Positions 37,842 through 48,234 are shown, numbered from the stretch's first letter. The stretch is DNA of 64,000 nt from an uncultured delta proteobacterium (GCA_963812015.1 CAWETI010000002.1:608001-672000); one strand, 5' to 3'. The notes: generated from the letters alone by a model not told the origin. Translations and numbers: made by a program.

Positions 37842-39971
37842 TCAGTTAAATTTAGGATTTAATTTCTGATAACCTTTTTCCAATTCTTGATTCATGAGCT
37901 GGATTTGATTGGTTTTTTGATAACATCGGCAGAGAGAAATATTGATCTTCTCGTCTTCCGGGCTGATTTTTTCGGCTTTTTTCAGTTCAGGGATGGCCCG
38001 CAAATATTCATGGGTCTTTTCGAAGCTCATTCCTAATATCGCATGGACATTGATATCATCTTCCTGACAATTCAGTTCCAAGGACTTATAGACCGCCTTG
38101 ATGGCTTGCCGGTAGTGTTTCTTTTCGAATTGATACCTGGCCATGAAGAGATGAAAGCGGCCGTCATGGGGAACTTTCTTTAAGGCTTTCCGAATAATAG
38201 CCAGGGCCTGACGGCTCTTTTTCTTTTCTTCATAATAGGAAACCAATCCCCTCATTTCTTCTTGACCATCTTTATCTAATAGATAATTACCCAAAACTAA
38301 TATATCCATTTCCGTGCTTAAAAAAACCTCGATCGCGTCAGCAGGTGTTTCGACAATCGGCATCCCACGGATATTAAATGAAGTATTTAAAATGACAGGC
38401 ACACCGGTTATTTGATAGAATTCATTTATCAAATCATAATAAAGTTCATCATCAGCTCTGGTTACGGTCTGCACCCTGGCGGTGCCGTCTACATGAATAA
38501 CCGCAGGTATCTCTTTGCCTTTATCCTCTTTTGTGGTCGCCACCAGCAACATAAAAGGGCTGGGGCAAGAAAGATCAAAGAATTCGGTGGCACATTCCAA
38601 AAGGATGCTGGGGGCATAGGGGCGAAAACTCTCCCGGTGCTTCACCTTTTTGGTTACCGACTCTTTTATCCCGGTCTGCCTGGGGTCGGCCAGAATGCTT
38701 CGGTGACCTAATGCCCTGGGGCCGAATTCAGCACCTCCTTGAAACCAGCCAACGATCTTGCCGGCCGCAATATACTGAGCGGTTCTGCTGAGGAGTTCGT
38801 TTCTGGTCAAAGGGTTTTTTACTATCTTATGCTTGCGCAAAGCGGCCCGAATCTCTCCTTTCTTGTATTTTCTCCCAAGATAAACATTTTTCAGAGGAAA
38901 TCTACTCTTTCCATCGGCTAATTTATGCCAGCCGTATAAGGCGCAACCGATGGCTATCCCATCATCCGTTGCGGCCGGCTGAATAAAAATATTTTTAAAT
39001 GGAGTACTATCCAATATCTTCTTATTCGCAACCGAATTCAGGCCGGCACCTCCGGCTATACAAAGATTCTCTGATCCCGTCATTTCAAACAGCCTATTCG
39101 CCAGGCAAATCATGCCTTTTTCCAGTTCTTCCTGTGCTTTGTAGGCCAGATTTTTGTAAAATTGAGTAAAGTTATCGTTTTTCGGCTTTACGATTGGCAC
39201 CAAGTAGCCTTTGTTGGGCTTGGCAATTTTGAGGTCTAACGCCAGCTGGGCAAATCGGCTATTTTCTATATGGTGATCAGTAATTTCAATGATATCCGGC
39301 CAATCTTTCACAGGTTTGCCGTAGGCGGCCAGTCCCATAGTTTTGCCCGCCTCGGTAACAATAATGCCCGATGACGGATGGTATTTTTCCATTGAAAAAC
39401 CTAATACAATAGAGATGAAATTATATATATAAGCTAGCGAATAATAGGCTTTCATTTGAGGATTTTTGGCCGACCATAACTTCTGATAATTTTTTAGTAT
39501 CTGTTCTATGTTACTGCCTTTGGCGTAGAAACCGCTTTCCGCCTCTGTCCCATTCGATGTTTCACTACCGAATACGTCAGCAACTAGCACCGCACTTTCA
39601 CGAAAAGGAGAGCAAAAATAAGAACTATAGGCATGGGCCAGATGATGTGACGGGTGGGGCAGGCATTTAATTTTAGATTTATCTTTAATCGGTAAGAGAG
39701 ATTTAAGGCTCTCTAAATTGACAGGTTCAACGGCATTATCAGCTACGATTAAATCCACATCATCCAGACCGATATTTGCCGAGTTCAGGCAGTAGGTTAT
39801 GGAGCGCATGGGGGGTATTCTGCTATTCTGGTCTTTCTTGCGTACCTGAAAATATAAGGTTGAGTTCTTGACTCCATCCAGCCGCTCTTCAGCAATGGCA
39901 AATAAGATCCTGCCGTCCTTGAGCAGGCAGGCGCTCCGATCATGACTTAGATTTATTCCTAGGATATGCAT
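37842..39971 (-). CDS. Carbamoyltransferase (NodU/CmcH/TobZ family) with C-terminal TPRs
   Basis: MHILGINLSHDRSA, EERL, HHLAHA, GKTMGLAAYG, AGGAGLNSVAN, EFGPRALGHRSILADP, KHRESFRPYAP, HVDGTARVQ, LNTSFN. ATG 39971 has an AAGGA RBS; the tracked 5' extension is IS sequence. Confidence 0.92.
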   Translation of the reverse strand: MHILGINLSHDRSACLLKDGRILFAIAEERLDGVKNSTLYFQVRKKDQNSRIPPMRSITYCLNSANIGLDDVDLIVADNAVEPVNLESLKSLLPIKDKSKIKCLPHPSHHLAHAYSSYFCSPFRESAVLVADVFGSETSNGTEAESGFYAKGSNIEQILKNYQKLWSAKNPQMKAYYSLAYIYNFISIVLGFSMEKYHPSSGIIVTEAGKTMGLAAYGKPVKDWPDIIEITDHHIENSRFAQLALDLKIAKPNKGYLVPIVKPKNDNFTQFYKNLAYKAQEELEKGMICLANRLFEMTGSENLCIAGGAGLNSVANKKILDSTPFKNIFIQPAATDDGIAIGCALYGWHKLADGKSRFPLKNVYLGRKYKKGEIRAALRKHKIVKNPLTRNELLSRTAQYIAAGKIVGWFQGGAEFGPRALGHRSILADPRQTGIKESVTKKVKHRESFRPYAPSILLECATEFFDLSCPSPFMLLVATTKEDKGKEIPAVIHVDGTARVQTVTRADDELYYDLINEFYQITGVPVILNTSFNIRGMPIVETPADAIEVFLSTEMDILVLGNYLLDKDGQEEMRGLVSYYEEKKKSRQALAIIRKALKKVPHDGRFHLFMARYQFEKKHYRQAIKAVYKSLELNCQEDDINVHAILGMSFEKTHEYLRAIPELKKAEKISPEDEKINISLCRCYQKTNQIQLMNQELEKGYQKLNPKFN

Positions 39972-39989
39972 ACTTTTCCTTTTTCGATG

Positions 39990-41612
39990 CCTTAATCCGA
40001 GATTATGCCGCATACATAGCTGTTTCTGTCTCAACGAGGTTTTGGAGCCTCTTTGGCCGAGCAAAATCTCCCAAACGGTCCTCTTCTCGAGGCCAATTCT
40101 TCTCAGAGGTGGGAAAATAGCACAAATTTGGGCGGAAAGTCAATTTTCCCCAGATTTCGGGCATACTAATCCCTCGGCGACCAGATGCTAACTGGCTGGG
40201 AAGCCTAAGGACCCCAGGCCAGCACTGCCCGACAATAGTGTGCCAGAGGAAAGGCGGAGGCCACATGGACATACCATCTCCGGGCATGGTAAGAAAGCCT
40301 GGCGCCCACTTTGATTAATCGCTTGATCAGCCACTCCATGGACCGTTTCACTTCTTCACCCCAAACATTAGGACTGCCGGATCATATGCAGAAGGTTGTA
40401 GACCAGAACCCCCATCTGTAGCCTGGCCTGGTTGGCCTCGAACCCTTGGCAGCTGGTTTTGTCCCGCCGAAGAATGTTCTTCCCTTCCTTGATACGGTTT
40501 TCTATCTCGGCCCGGCCATTATAGACCTTGATCACCTTGCCGGCAGGTAGCCTGGAGTTGTTGATCACAAAGCCGATCCTGGGGAAAAGCTCGCCCCGGT
40601 GCCACTCGATCTTGGCCACTACCCGGCGAGGCCGGCTCCAACTCTTGGCCTGGTAGTGGAGGTCAACGATTTTGACCTGAATGCCGCTCTGGGGCGGTCG
40701 CCCGACCGGACGACCAAGATGAGGCGCCACCAACCTATCCAGGTTCTTATTTGACGGCAACCGAATGAAATATGTCATACGGTGTTCTTCGCAATACTCG
40801 TAGGCCTCCGGGTTGGCAAAGGCAGCATCGCTACGCAGCCAAAAGAGCCGGAACCAGGGGGGGTAACGCTCCACCAGGGGAGTAATAAATGGCAGAGTGC
40901 CGTCGGCGGAATGGACGTTCCCCGATCTCAGCTTTGCCATCAGACAAACGCCCTCGCTGGCAAAGCAAAAAAGCGGATGGAAACAGTTCTTGCCAAAGTG
41001 GCCATTGTAGGCGACGCCCTCCTGATTGCCATGCACCGGGTCCTCGGTGGAATCCAGGTCGATGATCAACCGCTTTTTGTTCTTCCTCCTTAACAAGGTA
41101 TCAGTGGACCGGGGCAGGGCGGCTTCCAAGACCTGAAGCCCAGCCTCGTTACCCAGGATGTCATTCTCCAACCGGGAGAGCATGGACTGGCTGGCTCCAG
41201 TCTCATGGCCCTTATCAAGAGTAAGCCTGAGGGCTGGATCGATGCGGAGAAAATCTGCATCGTTACAATCTTCATAGCCCGCAGCTATTTGGTAGACTCT
41301 TTGACGCACCATCTAAACCAATGAGTGTTTCGTATGAGTAGGTGATCTCAAATCTTCCAGATAATCTTTCATGGGGTCAATGATCATGAAACGTTCATCT
41401 ACCTCACGCAGTAGGATGAACCCAGTGTGGGAGGATATGGTGGCGCCCTGGAAATCTATCATGATGGCTCGGTTAAAATCCGGCCGGATCACCTCATTCC
41501 GGCTTTCACCACTATCGAGCATCTTTGCGACCCCCGATTTGCTAATATTTGCTGCTTATATCATATAGTTAGGTTGATTTCTATCAGTTTTTGCCGAATA
41601 ATCCAGGTTAAA
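39990..41612 (-). mobile_element. IS1380-family element, transposase with in-frame stops
   Basis: DFQGATISSHTG.LLREVDE...HSLV*MVRQRVYQIAAGYEDCNDAD...DLDST.DP.HG.QEG...YNGRAEIENRIKEGK; related ends TTAATCCGAGATTAT / TTAACCTGGATTAT. Confidence 0.88.
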
Positions 41613-41675
41613 ACTATCTAAATTTCAGAGGGAGAGACTTTGGGAATTCTTAGAAAAGTCATAGCGGATTTATTG

Positions 41676-41924
41676 TCAAGGCTTTGATCTCTTTGCCCAT
41701 CTAGCCTGGACAGCTTTGCGGGCAATCTCGCTACGCTGTTCGGGAGTCAATTTTTCGGCTCGAGCTTTGCCGCCTTTTTTTCCCCCAAGGCGACCTAACG
41801 CCACAGCATGTGGGTTCTTGACCTTTTCTTCTTTATCAAGCTCGCCTTCCGGAATGGGGTCGGGTGCACCGGACCCCATATTATCTTGATCAGATGACCG
41901 ATTCTCCGTTCTTCGCCGAGGCAT
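41676..41924 (-). CDS. Small basic protein with a KGG-like motif
   Basis: KNPHAVALGRLGGKKGGKARAEKLTPEQRSEIARKAVQARW; a motif often seen next to mobile elements; function unknown. Confidence 0.65.
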   Translation of the reverse strand: MPRRRTENRSSDQDNMGSGAPDPIPEGELDKEEKVKNPHAVALGRLGGKKGGKARAEKLTPEQRSEIARKAVQARWAKRSKP

Positions 41925-42342
41925 AACTATTTAATGCCATAACCGAAAGAAAAATTCATCTTAAATTTTTTGCGGCATCACCCCCTCTTTTCTTCACAGA
42001 CCATGGTCATCCCTATTTGGCCTGTTAGGATATTCTGCTACCGCAAACCGGCGTAGGCTAAGAAACTTCATTGAATGTCCAAATATTAATAAGGAGATGT
42101 CCAAAAGCTAATGAAGAAAGGGCACGGACTAAGAAAAAAACAATGTTCATGATTATGTCCTGGACAAAACTGCCATAATTGGATACTAATTATGTAATAG
42201 TATGATTGGTTGTCGAAATGGAGGCCAAGGCTCTTCACAGAGAAAGACAAGCGATTGTATGGGAGTGGCTTCCTGCTAAAAAGTTTCGTTCCCTAATGAT
42301 AATGTAACATTAATGCAGACCTGAGGGACTGGAAACCTCGCA

Positions 42343-42705
42343 ATGAATGCCCGGAATCGTGGAAAAGCTAGTGTCCGCCTTCGATTTAACGGGAGCAAGC
42401 TGAGGATCTTCCGGCGACGAGCTAAGCTTTCGTTAAGTCAGGTGTCTGAAATGACAAGCATCTCCACTTCGTCCCTCAGCGATTATGAATGTGGCCTCAT
42501 AGTGCCTCAACTGCATCAACTTAAGAAGCTTTGCGAGATATATGAGCTTGACCCAATTGAGGTTTGTGAGCTCTTATGGCTTAAATTCGTTGACACCTCT
42601 TTCCTTAAAAGCTTTCGCGCCGCTTGTCAGCAGGCAGGACATACTCCACTCCAAGTTTACAGAAGTCTCATAATAAATTATAAGAATTGGGTTAAAAAGG
42701 AATAA
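42343..42705 (+). CDS. XRE-family HTH transcriptional regulator
   Basis: GSKLRIFRRRAKLSLSQVSEMTSISTSSLSDYECGLIVP..LKKLCEIY. Confidence 0.8.
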   Translation: MNARNRGKASVRLRFNGSKLRIFRRRAKLSLSQVSEMTSISTSSLSDYECGLIVPQLHQLKKLCEIYELDPIEVCELLWLKFVDTSFLKSFRAACQQAGHTPLQVYRSLIINYKNWVKKE

Positions 42706-43120
42706 TCAATTTTGTAGCGAATAACCTGTTGAAAATTGGATATTTTAGAATTAATTTTTGAGAAATTATAAATTCACCTAATTAAAATTATGGGAAATAA
42801 TTTAATAACATAATATATTGATATTAATGGATAATTTAATTTTAATTTAATTAATCGAATTTAAATTTAAATATTTCATCATTTTAGCCAAAAAGTCTTC
42901 CGGTCTCACCGGAAATTATGGCAATGGACATTGGATATCATATTAGTATCTTTATAAACTCAAAACCAAAAATCTTTTTATAAGATTTCCCGTTAAAATC
43001 GCAAATTAAAAATAATTTCCGGTGGTAACGAAAATCATCTCATTTATCCTTCCGTATTCATTGTAAAATCATATAATTGAATACTACTTTCTGATGATTT
43101 GTTACCCTTGGTAATCTCTT

Positions 43121-44938
43121 TTATCGATAAGAACTCGCCTGCATTTCAAATAACCGCGCATACTTACCGGCCATCTGAATCAACTCGTTATGCGTGCCGC
43201 TTTCGAGTATCCGCCCATTTTCCATGACAAAAATATAATCCGCCAGCCTGACCGTCGAAAAACGATGGCTGATGAGCAGAACCATGCGGTCTATAAACAT
43301 TTTCCGGAAGGATTGAAAAACCTCGTATTCCGCCCGGGCATCCATCCAGCTGGTGGGTTCATCCAAAATGATCAATTGGGCTTTGCGCAAGAAGGCCCGG
43401 GCCAGAGCCACTTTTTGCCATTCGCCCTGGCTGAGTTCTCCCTGGTCCTCAAACTCATGGCCCAAAACGGTCTCGTAGCCCCGGGGCAGCTTCTGAATAA
43501 AAATATCGGCTTGGGTCTGTCGGGCGGCACTGATAATCTTATTGTCGTGAGCAGGTAAACTGATGTCTCCCAGCCAGATATTTTCCCGCGCCGTCAGGCA
43601 GTAGCGGGCGTAATCTTGAAGGATAACGCTGATCTCTCGCCTTATGGCATCGGGATCAAACTGGCGCAAGTCAATACCGTCAATGGCTATATTGCCGCTT
43701 ACCGGATCATAGAGACGGCAGAGGAGCTTGATAAGAGTCGTTTTTCCCGACCCATTCTCTCCCACCAGCGCTACCATCTGGCCCGGCAAAATCTGAAGGT
43801 TGATATCCTCCAGGACGGTTCTCTCCGCTGTGGGGTAGTGAAAATTGACCCGTTCTAGCAAGATGCCTTCCTTTATGGGCCGCGGGAAAGCTGCCGGCGT
43901 GCGAGGCTCCACCAGCTTAGGCTTGAGATCGAGGAACTCGTTAAAGTTGGCGAGAAAGAGGTTATCCTCGTAGAGACTGGTCAGGCCGGTCCAGATCTCC
44001 TGGAGAGCCCCCTGACCCCGCTGAAAGGCCCCGTAATACATGACCATATCCCCGATGGTAATCATCCCCTCGACCGTCTGGTAGGCAACGAAAGCGAGGG
44101 CCCCAAAAATTGCCAACGTGGCGCTGGCTTGGGTGACCAAATCCGCCAGGGACCGTTTGGCCGAAATGTGCAGCTTTTCGATCCGGAGCTTCTTTCTTAA
44201 CTCCCGGAACCAACCCATGAAGAGCGGACCCAGGCCAAAGAGCCGGATCTCCTGAGCATGGCCGCCGTCGGTGAGCATCCAATGATAATAATGGGCCCGC
44301 CTTTCAGCCTGGGTGTGCTGGCTCTGCCAATCGTACATCTGCCTGGCGTATTTCAAGCGCATCAAAACCCCGGGGACCGTAGCCACAAACAGCATGGCGG
44401 CAACCCACCAGCGAAATGAGACCAGCAAACCGGCCAGGGCTAAAAGCGAGATGCCGCTTTGCCCCAGTTGCATCAGGCTGTCCATTATCCTCGTCGGCCT
44501 GTAGGTGGCCTCCTGCTGGGCCCGGTGCAGGGTGTCATAGTACTTGGGGTCTTCATAATATTCCAGGTCTACCGCCACCGACTTGCCATGGATGACATCG
44601 GCAACATGATCGGTGACCACCTGGGTCTGGGCTTCCTTGGCAATCTCAGTGAGAGAGCGGCAACAGGCGGCAAACAAGGCCACGGCAGCCGCCAGAACGA
44701 TGAGCAGGGTTACTTTTTTGAGGGAGTCGGTTTTGTCTGGCGAGAGCAGACCAGAGGTGACCGCATCGACAATCAGTTTCATCAGGTAGAGGGAGACCAG
44801 GGGGAGCAAGCCCTGGATCAGAATGAGCCCGAAATTTGCGACCGTCCATCCCGGGGCGCTTTGCCAGACTAGGCGCAAGGCCCGCTCCAGGTGCAGGCTG
44901 TGCCTGATCCTCTCTTTAAGGGTTTTGGCTGGTTGCAT
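43121..44938 (-). CDS. ABC exporter (TMD+NBD), candidate lasso peptide exporter
   Basis: N-terminal TMs; ALVGENGSGKTT, LSQGEWQKVALARAF, ILDEPT, ISHRFSTVR. Confidence 0.9.
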   Translation of the reverse strand: MQPAKTLKERIRHSLHLERALRLVWQSAPGWTVANFGLILIQGLLPLVSLYLMKLIVDAVTSGLLSPDKTDSLKKVTLLIVLAAAVALFAACCRSLTEIAKEAQTQVVTDHVADVIHGKSVAVDLEYYEDPKYYDTLHRAQQEATYRPTRIMDSLMQLGQSGISLLALAGLLVSFRWWVAAMLFVATVPGVLMRLKYARQMYDWQSQHTQAERRAHYYHWMLTDGGHAQEIRLFGLGPLFMGWFRELRKKLRIEKLHISAKRSLADLVTQASATLAIFGALAFVAYQTVEGMITIGDMVMYYGAFQRGQGALQEIWTGLTSLYEDNLFLANFNEFLDLKPKLVEPRTPAAFPRPIKEGILLERVNFHYPTAERTVLEDINLQILPGQMVALVGENGSGKTTLIKLLCRLYDPVSGNIAIDGIDLRQFDPDAIRREISVILQDYARYCLTARENIWLGDISLPAHDNKIISAARQTQADIFIQKLPRGYETVLGHEFEDQGELSQGEWQKVALARAFLRKAQLIILDEPTSWMDARAEYEVFQSFRKMFIDRMVLLISHRFSTVRLADYIFVMENGRILESGTHNELIQMAGKYARLFEMQASSYR

Positions 44939-45349
44939 GATTGATCGATAGAAGAAAGAAAGCCAACAATTTATTTAACCTGATGGGCGGCGGAGCTCAA
45001 TGGATCCGCCGATTGGAGCCGCATAGCAAGAATCGTAACCCGGATTGGAAAGAGTCGCCGGAAGTCGAAGAAAAAAAGCGGCTCGGAAAGTGGAACGGAC
45101 CTCTCAGTGATTCGCCCACCGCCAGCGACTGGTTATTCTCTATGCACCTCAATTCAGTTTTATCGGCTCTCTTTCCCCTGGCCCCAGGCCGTCTTGGTTT
45201 TTGTCGGTGGATTAAAATTATAAATTTAACCTATGGGTTGGCAAAAGCAAAGCGTCATGGTAACTGACGGAGGGACGAGGGGGGAAAGGCGGGAATGATA
45301 AGACCTTACTCTGTAGCAAGCCGGTCCCATCTGGAACCTGGTCTTGCCG

Positions 45350-45435
45350 CGACAGACCCAAAAACGCTGAAACGAACAGCGGCCACCGATGGTCTCTTCC
45401 AGCCCGCGATCGGACAACCCATACTACTGCTGCAA
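45350..45435 (-). pseudogene. Short IS5-family transposase remnant
   Basis: LQQ*YGLSDRGLEETIGGRCSFQRF resembles the IS5 motif LQQWYxLSDxxLEExxxDRxSFxRF. Confidence 0.5.
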
Positions 45436-45733
45436 GGGCAGGGCGTTACCCATTACCCAGGGCGGATGGCTGGGCGAAAGCCGGCGCCACTTTTTTGATG
45501 GCGACTTGTTGTCAGGCGCCCTGGGGAATAAAGGTTACACCAGGCAAAAGCGCCGGACTGGCCCGGAGGGGTCTCCGGCCGGACGAGGTGGCCGCGCCAC
45601 TGCGCCGGGCTTCGGGTAGTTCAAAGATCGGAACATTTCTTTATTGATTTCACGAAGCGATGGACTTATGGTAAAATTATCCGGTAAAAAAGAGCCAGGG
45701 CGCTCCCGGCGTTTTTGTTACTGAATATATGTT

Positions 45734-46246
45734 TTGAATTTGCTACATTATATGTTCGTGAATTTAAAAGGAATCGATTTGGAAATTAAGATTTTAGGCG
45801 TGATTTGCCGACCCTTGGAGCTTTATAACGATCAACGCGGCTGGCTGGCGGAAATTTTCCGCCAGGATGAAGTGGCGCCGGAACATATCCCGGTGATGGC
45901 CTATATGTCCGTGACCAAACCGGGCGTGGGTCGTGGCCCCCATGCCCACCGGGATCAGACCGATATGTTCTGTTTTGCCGGGCCGGGCGACTTCCGGGTG
46001 GTCCTGTGGGATAACCGGGCCGACAGCCCCACGTTCGGGCTCCGCCAGGATTTCCACCTGGGCGAATCTTGCCCGGCGGTGCTTATCGTGCCGCCGGGAG
46101 TGGTGCATGGTTATCGGAATGTGGGCGCCGGGCCTGGTTTCGTCTGCAACTTTGCCAACCGCCTTTACCGTGGCCCCGGGCGCGCCGAGGCGGTGGACGA
46201 GGTGCGTTTTGAGAACGACCCTGATTCCCCCTTCCGGCTGGAATAG
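45734..46246 (+). CDS. rfbC: dTDP-4-dehydrorhamnose 3,5-epimerase family
   Basis: DQRGWLAE, GVGRGPHAH, WDNRADSPTFG, VPPGVVHGY; start uncertain. Confidence 0.8.
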   Translation: MNLLHYMFVNLKGIDLEIKILGVICRPLELYNDQRGWLAEIFRQDEVAPEHIPVMAYMSVTKPGVGRGPHAHRDQTDMFCFAGPGDFRVVLWDNRADSPTFGLRQDFHLGESCPAVLIVPPGVVHGYRNVGAGPGFVCNFANRLYRGPGRAEAVDEVRFENDPDSPFRLE

Positions 46247-46273
46247 GATGACGGGCAGGGCAGGGAGGTCGCC

Positions 46274-47140
46274 GTGGCCGGGAAACTCTTGATTACCGGC
46301 GCGGCTGGGCAATTGGGTCAGGCCCTGGTTATGGAGGCCGGCCGGCAGGGCTGGGAGGTGGTGCCCACCGATGCCCATGACCTGGACATCACCGATTCCC
46401 AGGTGGTGCGGCGCGAGCTGGCCCGGCAGCGTCCGGAGGTGGTGATCAATGCCGCCGCGGCCACCCGGGTGGACGAGTTGGAGTCGGACCAGGACGGGGC
46501 GCTGCGGGTCAACGGCCTGGGACCCCGGAACCTGGCGGTGGCCTGCCGGCGCCTGGGAATGAAATTGATTCACCTGTCCACGGACTATGTCTTCGATGGG
46601 GCCAAAGCGGAGCCTTACGTGGAATGGGACGCCACGGGCCCCCTGTCGGTCTATGGCCGGAGCAAGCTCCTGGGCGAAGAGTGGGTGCGGCAGCAGTGCC
46701 CTGACCACTTCATTGTGCGCACGGCCTGGCTCTATGGCCTTCCCGGCCCCAATTTCGTCACGGCCATTCTGGCCCGGGGCCGCAGTCTGACCCCGGCCGG
46801 GGAACTGAAGGTGGTGCAGGATCAGCGGGGGACCCCCACCAGCGCTCTGGCCCTGGCGCCCCAGCTCCTGGCCCTGGCCGCGACCGAGGCCTTCGGCACC
46901 TATCATGCCACCTGCCAGGGGGAGACCACCTGGTATGAATTTGCCGGCCTGATCCTTGCGGCGGCCGGGATCCCGGTGCGGCTAACTCCTTGCACCACCG
47001 AGGAATTTCCCCGTCCTGCCCCCCGGCCGGCCAACTCGGTATTGGCAAACCGGCTGCTCCAGGTGGCCGGACTGGACCTCATGCCCACCTGGCAGGTAGC
47101 CTTCCAGGAGTTTTGGGCAGCCTATAGGGACCGATTATGA
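46274..47140 (+). CDS. rfbD: dTDP-4-dehydrorhamnose reductase
   Basis: LITGAAGQLG, HLSTDYVFDG, YGRSKLLGE, VQDQRGTPT, APRPANSVL. Confidence 0.95.
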   Translation: MAGKLLITGAAGQLGQALVMEAGRQGWEVVPTDAHDLDITDSQVVRRELARQRPEVVINAAAATRVDELESDQDGALRVNGLGPRNLAVACRRLGMKLIHLSTDYVFDGAKAEPYVEWDATGPLSVYGRSKLLGEEWVRQQCPDHFIVRTAWLYGLPGPNFVTAILARGRSLTPAGELKVVQDQRGTPTSALALAPQLLALAATEAFGTYHATCQGETTWYEFAGLILAAAGIPVRLTPCTTEEFPRPAPRPANSVLANRLLQVAGLDLMPTWQVAFQEFWAAYRDRL

Positions 47141-48234
47141 GTTATGTCTTGGTAACCGGCGGGGCGGGGTTCATCGGCGCCAACTTCCTCTATTTTCTGC
47201 GGCAGGCCCGGCCGGACTGGCACATCCTCAACCTGGACCTGCTGACCTACGCCGGCAACCCGGAAAGCCTCAGCGGTTTTCAGGGCGATACCCATTATAC
47301 GTTTATCCAGGGGGACGTGGCCGACCGGGATCTGGTCCAGGGCTTGTTTTCTCGGTATCCCATTAACCGGGTGGTGCACTTTGCGGCCGAATCCCATGTG
47401 GACCGCTCAATTTTGGACCCGGGCGTCTTTGTCCGCACCAACGTGGTGGGGACCTTCACTCTGCTGGAAGCGGCCCGCCAGGCCTGGAAACCGCCGGCCG
47501 AGGAAGCGGCCCCCCGGTTTTTGCATGTTAGTACGGATGAAGTGTACGGCTCGTTGGGATCCCACGAGCCGCCGGTCACCGAGGCGGCGCCCTACGCCCC
47601 CCGGAGCCCCTATGCGGCCTCCAAGGCCGGAGCCGACTTTCTGGTGCGCTCCTATTTTCACACGTATCAGATGCCGGTGCTCATCACCAACTGTTCCAAC
47701 AATTATGGCCCTTACCAGTTCCCGGAAAAGCTGATTCCCTTCAGCCTCAGCCAGGCCCTGGAAGGTAAGCCCATCCCCATCTACGGGCAGGGCGCCAATG
47801 TGCGGGACTGGATCTTTGTGGCGGATCATTGCCAGGCGCTGCTGCAAGTGTTGGAGCAGGGCCGCCCCGGGGAGACCTATAATATCGGCGGCCGCCAGGA
47901 GGTCCCCAACCTGGAGCTGGTGCGCCGGTTGCTGCGCCTGCTCCGGGAGATGCGGCCGGATTTGGGCGACCTGGACCAGTTAATCACCTTGGTTCCGGAC
48001 CGTCCCGGCCACGACTGGCGTTATGCGCTGAATATCGGTAAAATTGAGGCTGAACTCGGTTGGCGTCCCCAGGTGGGTCTGGACGAGGGGCTGAGGCGCA
48101 CCATCTCCTGGTATCTCACCCATCAGGACTGGTTAAACCGGGTACGGTCCCAGGCCTACCGCACCTTTATGAAGGAACAATATGGCGCCGGGGTGGTGGG
48201 CTCAGGTTCGCCCCTGGAGAGCCCAAGCCTTTAG
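47137..48234 (+). CDS. rfbB: dTDP-glucose 4,6-dehydratase
   Basis: VTGGAGFIG, LTYAGN, AAESHVDRSI, HVSTDEVYG, YAASKA, CSNNYGPYQFPEKLIP, DRPGHD. Confidence 0.96.
   Translation: MSYVLVTGGAGFIGANFLYFLRQARPDWHILNLDLLTYAGNPESLSGFQGDTHYTFIQGDVADRDLVQGLFSRYPINRVVHFAAESHVDRSILDPGVFVRTNVVGTFTLLEAARQAWKPPAEEAAPRFLHVSTDEVYGSLGSHEPPVTEAAPYAPRSPYAASKAGADFLVRSYFHTYQMPVLITNCSNNYGPYQFPEKLIPFSLSQALEGKPIPIYGQGANVRDWIFVADHCQALLQVLEQGRPGETYNIGGRQEVPNLELVRRLLRLLREMRPDLGDLDQLITLVPDRPGHDWRYALNIGKIEAELGWRPQVGLDEGLRRTISWYLTHQDWLNRVRSQAYRTFMKEQYGAGVVGSGSPLESPSL

Noticed and set aside
39972..40287. N-terminal extension of the carbamoyltransferase and the 94-aa ORF 40003-40287 (and its twin 60951-61136)
   Set aside because: Mostly IS1380 terminal sequence; the similarity of the twin ORFs reflects the DNA repeat.
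44941..45700. A second lasso precursor near the ABC exporter
   Set aside because: Manual reading found no short ORF with an RBS and a YxxP...T leader, only an IS5 remnant. The search was not exhaustive.
45794..46906. Long antisense ORFs across GC-rich genes (also 31306-32097, 52626-53327, 57008-57838)
   Set aside because: Shadow frames of well-supported genes on the opposite strand.
45734..48234. Missing rfbA as a notable anomaly
   Set aside because: Split rml/rfb gene sets are common and the gene may lie elsewhere in the genome.
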